DNA from: Lachnospiraceae bacterium
GTDB lineage: Bacteria; Bacillota; Clostridia; Lachnospirales; Lachnospiraceae
Reading direction: 5' to 3'
NCBI GenBank assembly: GCA_051879255.1
Contig: JBJELR010000335.1
Span: 1 to 37,416, forward strand
Length of the DNA: 37,416 nucleotides
In this document: one piece after another, positions 1 through 6,881 of the stretch
Numbering within the stretch: position 1 is the first letter of the stretch
Layout of the letters: every line of letters starts with the position of its first letter
Position numbers and translations under genes: made by a program
The notes under the pieces: model-generated
The model's database searches: none
Told to the model about the DNA's origin: nothing
Seen by the model: only the letters and a program-made list of their open reading frames with translations

Positions 1-1
1 A

Positions 2-370
2 ATGAAAACCACAAGAGAAAATGGAGAAGCCCTGGAAGGACTCTGTGCTTATCTGGCTGAGAATGATAAATGGGGAGGGAGTCCTGTACTTCTTTATGGG
101 GACTGCCCCGGCCTTTCCTTTTTGTTGAATATGCCCTTTGCTCTGGGAACGGCATGGCCGGATTTGGATTCTTATCCTTATGCAGCCTTTGTCAGTGAAT
201 TGGAGGGGATAGAGACAAGCCCCATTGTGATTTTGCGAAATCATAAGCCTAATGGAGAACAGGGAGAGAAGAAAAGAGCCTATCTTCTGGAATGGATGAA
301 GAAGCAGGGCTATAGCTGTGAATATTCCAATGAGAGCTATGAGGTATATCTTGCAGGAAAATGGAGATAA
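2..370 (+). CDS. Hypothetical protein. Probably the C-terminal part of a gene that continues upstream of the window.
   Basis: ORF track 2..370. The frame is open to the window edge, so the ATG at 2 may be internal. No catalytic motif recognised. The 3' end overlaps the next gene's start region (361/373). Confidence 0.5.
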   Translation: MKTTRENGEALEGLCAYLAENDKWGGSPVLLYGDCPGLSFLLNMPFALGTAWPDLDSYPYAAFVSELEGIETSPIVILRNHKPNGEQGEKKRAYLLEWMKKQGYSCEYSNESYEVYLAGKWR

Positions 371-372
371 AC

Positions 373-1509
373 ATGATTAATTTTAACGTTCCCCCTTTTA
401 CGGGAAAAGAAATAGAATACATTCAGGAAGCGGTAAGGGCACAGAAAATTTGTGGAGATGGGCAGTTTACCCAAAAGTGCAACCACTGGCTGGAGGAAAA
501 AACAAAAACCGCTAAGGCTCTGCTAACCACCTCCTGTACCCATGCTACGGAGCTGGCAGCCCTGTTGATGAAGGTGCAGCCAAAAGATGAGGTGATTATG
601 CCCTCCTATACCTTTGTGTCCACAGCAGATGCCTTCGTCTTAAGAGGAGCTGTTCCGGTTTTTGTGGATATTCGTCCGGATACCATGAACCTGGATGAAA
701 GAAAAATTGAAGCTGCCATTACGGAGAAAACGGTGGGAATTGTTCCCGTTCATTATGCCGGGGTGGCCTGTGAGATGGATACCATTATGGAGATTGCAAA
801 AAGGCATAACCTGTGGGTAATTGAGGATGCTGCCCAGGGAATTATGTCAACCTATAAGGGAAAGGCCCTGGGGACCTTTGGTGAATTTGGCTGCTTTAGC
901 TTTCATGAAACGAAAAATTACAGTATGGGAGAGGGCGGAGCCCTTTTAATCCAACAAAAGAAGTATATTGAAGAAGCAGAGATTCTCAGGGAAAAGGGAA
1001 CCAACCGCAGTAAATTTTACCGAGGACAGATTGATAAATATACCTGGGTAAATTATGGCTCCAGCTATCTGCCCAGTGACATGAATGCGGCTTATCTCTG
1101 GGCCCAGTTAGAAATGGCAGAAGCCATTAACGAAAAGCGGCTGGAGATTTGGAAAAGGTATGAATACCGCCTTACCCCGCTAAAAGAAAAAGGTGTGCTT
1201 GAGCTTCCTGTTGTTCCCAAGGATTGTGTGCATAATGCCCATATGTTCTATATTAAGGTAAAAGATATTGAGGAAAGGACGGCTCTCATCGATGCCTTAA
1301 AAGAGAAGGGAATTATGGCAGTTTTCCACTATATCCCTTTGCATACAGCTCCCGCAGGCTTAGCCTACGGACGTTTCCATGGAGAGGATGTGTATACCAC
1401 CAAGGAAAGTGAACGGCTTTTGCGTCTGCCGATGTATTATGGACTGGAGCCGGGACAGGTGGATGCTATCTGTGAGGCAGTAAAGGAGTTTTTTGAAAGG
1501 AGGCCTTAA
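373..1509 (+). CDS. wecE: dTDP-4-amino-4,6-dideoxy-D-galactose (Fuc4N) transaminase, WecE/RffA type (DegT/DnrJ/EryC1 family)
   Basis: ORF 361..1509. End-to-end resemblance to enterobacterial WecE as I recall it: MINFNVPPF, EVIMPSYTFVSTA, VPVHYAGVACEMD, the PLP-lysine motif FSFHETKNYSMGEGGAL, REKGTNRS and HYIPLH. The ATG at 373 has GGAGA 5 nt upstream and matches the WecE N-terminus. 361 is an alternative start. Confidence 0.85.
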   Translation: MINFNVPPFTGKEIEYIQEAVRAQKICGDGQFTQKCNHWLEEKTKTAKALLTTSCTHATELAALLMKVQPKDEVIMPSYTFVSTADAFVLRGAVPVFVDIRPDTMNLDERKIEAAITEKTVGIVPVHYAGVACEMDTIMEIAKRHNLWVIEDAAQGIMSTYKGKALGTFGEFGCFSFHETKNYSMGEGGALLIQQKKYIEEAEILREKGTNRSKFYRGQIDKYTWVNYGSSYLPSDMNAAYLWAQLEMAEAINEKRLEIWKRYEYRLTPLKEKGVLELPVVPKDCVHNAHMFYIKVKDIEERTALIDALKEKGIMAVFHYIPLHTAPAGLAYGRFHGEDVYTTKESERLLRLPMYYGLEPGQVDAICEAVKEFFERRP

Positions 1510-3317
1510 TGAAGCCAAAACGCATCAATCATAAAGTTCAAAACCGTTTGCTTCCTTTGCTGGTGGTGCCGGTGATCTTTCTGGTGGCCGGCCTGTGTTT
1601 TGATTTTTACTATCAATTGAATGATGATGTGGTGATTAAGGATATTCTGTCGGGAGCTTTTTCGGGGCTTCCTGACGGACATACCAATCAGATTCTTTAT
1701 CCCCTGGGGTGGCTGATTAGTCTGGGTTACAGAATTTTACCGGGGATCCCAATCTATCCCCTGTTTTTGTTAAGCTGCTATGGAATCTGCTTCTATCTTT
1801 TGGGCTATCGGAGTGTACAATATTACCAAAGGCTTTGGGGAAAGCTGCTGTTGCTTTTGCTGGAAGCAGGAATATTCCTGTCCCTGTTTTTGTGGGAGCT
1901 GGTATACGTACAGTATTCTGTTGTCTGTGGGCTTCTTGGAGCAACAGCCTGCTTCTGGTTCTATACCACCAAGCAGGATTTGTCCCCGGGAAGCTTCTGG
2001 CTTTCCAATCTGCCTGCTCTGCTGCTTATCTGGCTGGCTTTTCTGGTGCGTTCCGAAATGCTGCTTTTGCTTACCCCTTTTATTGCAGTAATGGGGATAT
2101 ACCACTGGTCAGAGGAGGTGTCCGGCGGTAAAGAGAATAATCATTTTCCGGGAAAGGACAGGCTTTGGAAAAGGCTATTCAGTAAAGAAAACTGTTGTAA
2201 GTATATTGCCTTCGTTCTGGTGACGGCTTTGGGCTGCCTGGCCTTCTGGGGACTGGATGAGGCGGCTTACACCGGGACAGAGTGGAGGCTGTATCGGCAG
2301 TTTTTTGATGCAAGAACCAGGGTATATGACTACACCTGGTATCCCTCATACGAAGAAAATCAGGCTTTCTATGAGAGTATAGGGGTAAGCAGTGAACAAT
2401 TTAGGCTGATTGACAGCTATAATTTTGGTTTAGATGAGGAAATTGATGCGAATACTTTGGTTAGGATAGCTTCCTTTGGAGAAAAGGCAAGCCGTCAGGG
2501 CAGTCTACCCACCCGGCTGAAAAATGGAATACGGGAAATGGTGCTTCGTATGACAGACCCGGGGGAGGGACCCTATAATTATTTTGTCCTGACGGCCTAT
2601 GGTATGGTTATTGCATTGGCCATTTTACAAAAAAAGAAAAGCTATATCTGGAAATTACTGCTGCTGGCTTTGGCCCATAGTATTTCCTGGATGTATCTGC
2701 TTTTGGCTGACCGGGTGGTAGCAAGAATTGCCCATCCCCTTTATATTTTGGAATTCTTATGCCTTTTGGCTCTTTTGGTAAAAGAATTTCGTGATCGGCC
2801 GCTGTGGAATGCCGAGCTCTATTATCGTCGGGGAGCATTGGCAGTATTTTTCCTGCTGGTCATCATCAGTGGGGCAGTGGTGTTTCCCAGGGTGGCTGAG
2901 GAACAGACCAGACGGCAGAGAGTAAATGAGCCAATGGAGGCCTTTCAGGCTTATGCCGCAAAGGAGGAAGAAAGCTATTATTATTTTGATGTTTATTCCA
3001 CCGTCTATTTTACAGAAAAGCTGTTTGCCCAAAACGGGGAAAAACGTAAGAATTATGATATTTTAGGCGGCTGGTTTAACCGTAGTCCCCTGCAAAAGGG
3101 GGTGGTTTGGGAGTATGCCAAAGAGGCAGGAATAACCATCAGTCAGGCCCTGCTTACCGATAATTTTTACTTTGTGGCGGAAAGACAAGGGGATATGAGT
3201 CCGGTGCTTCTTTGGTATGAGGCTGCTGAAGCTGCTGTGGAGGTAAAAGAGGTAACAGCCTTAGGCCGGGGAGAGAATCCCCTTGTGGTATATCAATTAA
3301 GAATAAATGAGGAATAG
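1509..3317 (+). CDS. Polytopic integral membrane protein (602 aa), family not recognised. Candidate GT-C-fold extracytoplasmic glycosyltransferase.
   Basis: ORF 1509..3317. The start overlaps the wecE stop (TAATG) and has AGGAGG 5 nt upstream. There are many hydrophobic segments. An acidic motif (QLNDDVV) follows the first TM directly, and a roughly 150-aa hydrophilic C-terminal domain follows the last. Confidence 0.55.
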   Translation: MKPKRINHKVQNRLLPLLVVPVIFLVAGLCFDFYYQLNDDVVIKDILSGAFSGLPDGHTNQILYPLGWLISLGYRILPGIPIYPLFLLSCYGICFYLLGYRSVQYYQRLWGKLLLLLLEAGIFLSLFLWELVYVQYSVVCGLLGATACFWFYTTKQDLSPGSFWLSNLPALLLIWLAFLVRSEMLLLLTPFIAVMGIYHWSEEVSGGKENNHFPGKDRLWKRLFSKENCCKYIAFVLVTALGCLAFWGLDEAAYTGTEWRLYRQFFDARTRVYDYTWYPSYEENQAFYESIGVSSEQFRLIDSYNFGLDEEIDANTLVRIASFGEKASRQGSLPTRLKNGIREMVLRMTDPGEGPYNYFVLTAYGMVIALAILQKKKSYIWKLLLLALAHSISWMYLLLADRVVARIAHPLYILEFLCLLALLVKEFRDRPLWNAELYYRRGALAVFFLLVIISGAVVFPRVAEEQTRRQRVNEPMEAFQAYAAKEEESYYYFDVYSTVYFTEKLFAQNGEKRKNYDILGGWFNRSPLQKGVVWEYAKEAGITISQALLTDNFYFVAERQGDMSPVLLWYEAAEAAVEVKEVTALGRGENPLVVYQLRINEE

Positions 3318-3321
3318 GTGT

Positions 3322-3894
3322 ATGTTCATACCGGAAAGTAAACGAATAGAAGGAAATCAGATCTATCTCAGACCCATCACCAGAGAGGATACCGATAAGA
3401 TCATTCAGTGGAGAAACAGTGATACGGTGAGACCCTTTTTCATTTATCAGGAGCCTTTTACCAGAGAGGGGCACTTAAACTGGTTGGAAAAAATGATTGA
3501 ATCCCAGAAAGGCTGTCAGTTTATTATCTGCTTGAAAGAGGCTGACAGGCCTATCGGCAGTACCTATCTAAGAGATTATGATCCGGTAAGCCGAAAAGCA
3601 GAATATGGAGTATTTATTGGAGAAAAAGAGCAGAAGGGGAAGGGAATCGGTACAGAAGCACTTAAGCTGACGATGGAATTTGCCTTTGATGAGCTTAAGC
3701 TCCATAAGGTATTTGCCCGGGCCTTCAGTGACAATCAGGCCTCTATTCATTCCTTTTTAAAGGGAGGCTTCCGGCAGGAGGCCTGCCTGAGGGATGAGGT
3801 TCTGGTTGCCGGAAGATATAGGGACATTATCCTGCTGGCCAGACTGAATCCGAAGGAAGGCCATCAGGCAAAGGATGAGAAAGAAAAGGATTGA
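3322..3894 (+). CDS. GNAT-family N-acetyltransferase (RimJ/RimL-like). Candidate amino-sugar N-acetyltransferase.
   Basis: ORF 3307..3894. It shows the GNAT core with acetyl-CoA loop EKEQKGKGIGTEALK and the pattern IYLRPIT..D...I..W. The ATG at 3322 has GAGGA 8 nt upstream, whereas 3307 lacks an RBS. Confidence 0.75.
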   Translation: MFIPESKRIEGNQIYLRPITREDTDKIIQWRNSDTVRPFFIYQEPFTREGHLNWLEKMIESQKGCQFIICLKEADRPIGSTYLRDYDPVSRKAEYGVFIGEKEQKGKGIGTEALKLTMEFAFDELKLHKVFARAFSDNQASIHSFLKGGFRQEACLRDEVLVAGRYRDIILLARLNPKEGHQAKDEKEKD

Positions 3895-3902
3895 AGATAT
3901 CC

Positions 3903-4880
3903 ATGAAGAAAAAAGTAAGCTTTGTTATTCCCTGTTATCATTCTTCACTTACCTTAAGGAAGGTGGTGGAAGAAGTTCAGGAAACCATGAAAAAACTGGA
4001 GCAATATTCCTATGAAATTATTCTGGTTAATGATTGTTCACCGGATACTACATTTTCGGTGATTCAGGAACTTTGCCGGGAAAATGAAAACATCTGCGGA
4101 GTCAATCTGGCAAAAAATTTTGGTCAGCATGGAGCCCTGATGGCAGGCTTCCATCAGGTGACCGGGGATATTTTGGTGTGTCTGGATGATGATGGACAGA
4201 CACCGGCGGATGAGGCAGGAAAGCTTCTGGAGAGACTGGAAGCAGGAGATGATGTGGTGTATGCCCGCTACCCCCATAAGCAGCATTCTCTCTTTCGTAA
4301 CTTTGGCAGCTTCATCAATGAAAAGATGGCTCAGTTTTTGCTGGGAAAACCGAAGGAGCTTTACGTTTCCAGCTACTTTGCGGCAAAACGCTTCGTGGTG
4401 GACGAAATGTTGAAGTATGAAAATGCCTACCCCTATGTTATTGGTCTGGTACTGCGAACCACAAAAAAAATTTCCAATGTGGAAGTTAATCATCGGCAGC
4501 GGGAGGTAGGAGAATCAGGCTACACCCTGACCAAGCTTCTGGGACTGTGGTTTAATGGGTTTACTGCTTTTAGCACTAAGCCTCTTCGGATTGCCACAGT
4601 GACCGGATTTTTATGTGCCATGGCCGGTTTTCTCTATGCACTTTATACCATTGTTAAAAAATTTGTTAATCCGGCAGTACCGGTGGGGTTCAGTTCTTTG
4701 ATGTCGGCAATCATGTTTATTGGTGGTATGCTGATGCTGATGCTGGGATTAATCGGTGAATATATTGGAAGAATGTACATTTGCATCAACAATGCCCCTC
4801 AGTTTGTCGTGCGGGAGCTGATTCCTGTTAAAGAAAAGAAGGAAGATGCAGAAGGCAAAAGGGAAACGACGGAAAAATAG
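3903..4880 (+). CDS. GT2 polyprenyl-phosphate glycosyltransferase of the GtrB/ArnC/CsbB type, with a C-terminal membrane anchor
   Basis: ORF 3891..4880 (TTG at 3891, ATG at 3903). GT-A motifs are VSFVIPCYHSS, VNDCSPD and CLDDDGQ (DxD). Two C-terminal TM helices (LRIATVTGFLCAMAGFLYALY and LMSAIMFIGGMLMLMLGLIGEYIGR) are typical of the GtrB/ArnC architecture. Confidence 0.8.
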   Translation: MKKKVSFVIPCYHSSLTLRKVVEEVQETMKKLEQYSYEIILVNDCSPDTTFSVIQELCRENENICGVNLAKNFGQHGALMAGFHQVTGDILVCLDDDGQTPADEAGKLLERLEAGDDVVYARYPHKQHSLFRNFGSFINEKMAQFLLGKPKELYVSSYFAAKRFVVDEMLKYENAYPYVIGLVLRTTKKISNVEVNHRQREVGESGYTLTKLLGLWFNGFTAFSTKPLRIATVTGFLCAMAGFLYALYTIVKKFVNPAVPVGFSSLMSAIMFIGGMLMLMLGLIGEYIGRMYICINNAPQFVVRELIPVKEKKEDAEGKRETTEK

Positions 4881-4903
4881 CAGGAAGGGCAAGCAGGATT
4901 TAT

Positions 4904-4961
4904 TTATTTATTTGAGCAATAGAACAGGCAAGGCCTGTTCTAAGCATGGGGATTAAAATGG
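4904..4961 (+). repeat. Copy 1 of a conserved 58-nt intergenic module: T-rich tract, TTGAGCA, perfect hairpin, RBS, ATG
   Basis: Direct comparison gives 53/58 identity to 27821-27878. The perfect palindrome TAGAACAGGC-AAG-GCCTGTTCTA lies at 4920-4942. GGGGA follows, then ATG at 4958. Confidence 0.9.
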
Positions 4962-6802
4962 ATAAGAAAAGAAGGGAAAAGTGGAAGAAAATAGAGCAGA
5001 ATGCGGTGGTCAGAGGCTGCTTTGGCATTCTGGCTTCTATGTCTATGTTTTCCTCATTAAGTACCACAGTAACAGAAGGCAGGGAGGCTGTAGTCTACTC
5101 GAATAGCTTTTTTTCGTTTTTTTTCGCCCTCCTTTGTGCAGTCTGCTTTTTGTTAGTGAAAAAGAAGACCCCAGAGGGGGATAGGAGGGGCTTTTGGGTA
5201 AGTCTGCTTTACAGCCTGGGAATTTCAGCCTGCCTGGTGGTGGGAAAGCAGTTGGAAACGGTGGAAAATATAAAAATAACAGATGTTGTTATTTGGATAA
5301 ACATATTGATATTGACCCTCTTTTTTCAGCCCTTTGTCCAATTTACCTGGAAATGGCTGGAAGAATCAGGGAAGGAAGGGAGTGCAGAAAAAGTAGGGAA
5401 ACAGGGCTGCTTTTTGGGTCAAAAGCTTTTCTGGAAAAATCTCTGTCTCTTACTGATTTGTTGGCTGCCGGTCTTTCTGGCCCTTTATCCGGGGGCCTTC
5501 GTTTATGATGCTGCCGATGAGTATGTGCAGGTAGCCACCAGAAGCTTTACCACTCATCACCCTCTCATTCATGTCCTGCTTTTGGGTGGTTTTGTGGCAG
5601 GAGGGAATAAATTCTTTGGCTCCTTTAATCTGGGAATTGCTGCCTATACCCTGTTTCAGATGCTAATCCTGGCGGCAGTATTCAGCTATACCATTCTCTG
5701 GCTAAAGAGAAGAATAAACCGTAAGTGGGTGGAATGGGCAGCACTTTTATTCTATGGGTTTTTCCCCGTAATTCCTATGTATGCAGTCTGCTCTGCAAAA
5801 GATGGTTTGTTTACCGGCGCAGTTCTTGTGGTAGTGCTTCAGATGCTGTCTCTTTTTGAAGAACCGGAAAGCTTTCTGGCAAAAAAGAGCAACTGGATTG
5901 CAAGTATTCTTGCAGCCGCCATTATGATGCTGCTAAGAAATAACGGATGTTATGCGTATTTCGTGTGGATTCCCCTGGCTATTTTGGGACTATCGGGAAG
6001 GAAAAAAAAGCTGTGTCTGCAAACTGCAGCTCTACTGCTTGGTTCGGCAGCAGTGTTTATGCTGATTTCAAAGGGCCTGGCCTGGGGGCTTGAAGCGGAT
6101 GACAGCGGCAGCCAGGAAATGATGACGGTACCGATTCAACAACTGGTACGAACCTATAACTATAGCCCGGAAAGCTACACAGAAGAAGAACAGGCGTTAC
6201 TTTTTGAGCTTATTCCGGAGAAGGAGATGGGAGCCTACAACCCAAGGATTTCCGACATAGTTAAAAGTAAATTTAATAATGAAAGCTTCAATGCGAATAA
6301 AGGAGAGTACCTGAAGCTTTGGGCTAAAATCGGCCTGCGTAAGCCCATGAGCTATATTAATGCCTGGCTGATGACCTCTTATGGCTTCTGGTATCCGGAT
6401 GCAGTAATCAATATTTATGGAGGAAATACGGTCTATAGCTTTACCTATGAAGACAGTTCCTATTTTGGCTTTGAAACAGAATATCCGGGAACCAGAGAAA
6501 GTAAGTTTCCCTGGCTGGAGGAGCAGTACAGGAGGCTGTCATTGGAGCTTTATCAGCAAAGACTTCCGGGGCTGTCCATGCTTTTTTCTCCCGGCTTTTT
6601 GTTCTGGGTATTCGCTTTTTGTCTATGCTTTCTGCTTTGGAAAAAGCAGGTAAAAAAGCTGGTTCCCCTGCTGCTGATTTTTCTGGTATGGATGACGTTT
6701 CTGCTGGGGCCTACTTATCTGGTGCGCTATGTGCTGATTCTCTGGTTTGCCCTGCCTGTAATTGTAAGTGAGATAAAAGTATGCTATACTGATTTGATAT
6801 GA
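4958..6802 (+). CDS. Large polytopic membrane protein (about 614 aa). Candidate GT-C-fold glycosyltransferase, possibly a DUF6020-like family.
   Basis: ORF 4946..6802. ATG 4958 is preferred because it occupies the same position as the start in repeat copy 2, with GGGGA 6 nt upstream. There are more than 10 hydrophobic segments. An acidic loop motif (YDAADEY) follows a TM, and a roughly 190-aa hydrophilic loop precedes the last TMs. Confidence 0.55.
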   Translation: MDKKRREKWKKIEQNAVVRGCFGILASMSMFSSLSTTVTEGREAVVYSNSFFSFFFALLCAVCFLLVKKKTPEGDRRGFWVSLLYSLGISACLVVGKQLETVENIKITDVVIWINILILTLFFQPFVQFTWKWLEESGKEGSAEKVGKQGCFLGQKLFWKNLCLLLICWLPVFLALYPGAFVYDAADEYVQVATRSFTTHHPLIHVLLLGGFVAGGNKFFGSFNLGIAAYTLFQMLILAAVFSYTILWLKRRINRKWVEWAALLFYGFFPVIPMYAVCSAKDGLFTGAVLVVVLQMLSLFEEPESFLAKKSNWIASILAAAIMMLLRNNGCYAYFVWIPLAILGLSGRKKKLCLQTAALLLGSAAVFMLISKGLAWGLEADDSGSQEMMTVPIQQLVRTYNYSPESYTEEEQALLFELIPEKEMGAYNPRISDIVKSKFNNESFNANKGEYLKLWAKIGLRKPMSYINAWLMTSYGFWYPDAVINIYGGNTVYSFTYEDSSYFGFETEYPGTRESKFPWLEEQYRRLSLELYQQRLPGLSMLFSPGFLFWVFAFCLCFLLWKKQVKKLVPLLLIFLVWMTFLLGPTYLVRYVLILWFALPVIVSEIKVCYTDLI

Positions 6803-6881
6803 TAAGATGAGGCGGTAATAAAAGCCGAATCATGCATCAATGTGGACAGGCAGGATAAGGATTAAGAAACGGGAAGAATCG

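Noticed and set aside
1717-2131. A cluster of overlapping alternative-frame ORFs (75-111 aa, both strands) inside the 602-aa membrane protein gene. Similar ones occur at 5194-5508 and 7323-7703.
   Set aside because: Codon-biased hydrophobic genes often leave other frames open. These ORFs are short and mutually exclusive, and they lack RBS or motif support.
4463-4470. Homopolymer tracts as possible phase-variation switches: A8 at 4463-4470, A8 at 6002-6009, T8 at 22151-22158, T8 at 25539-25546, and T7/T8 runs at 5108-5124
   Set aside because: Runs of 7-8 nt are at the low end for slipped-strand switching. They encode ordinary Lys-Lys or Phe-Phe dipeptides in intact frames. Without population sequence data there is no evidence of length variation.
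4920-4942. The idea that the palindrome is a LexA (Cheo) box, because it contains GAAC...GTTC
   Set aside because: The Firmicute SOS box is GAAC-N4-GTTC. Here the half-sites are separated by 11 nt, and the context is a glycan operon, so the resemblance is superficial.
4946-4957. An upstream in-frame ATG (MGIK...) offered by the ORF track as the start of the membrane protein
   Set aside because: In repeat copy 2 the equivalent triplet is AAG, not ATG. The conserved GGGGA RBS sits between this ATG and ATG 4958, so 4958 is the better-supported start.
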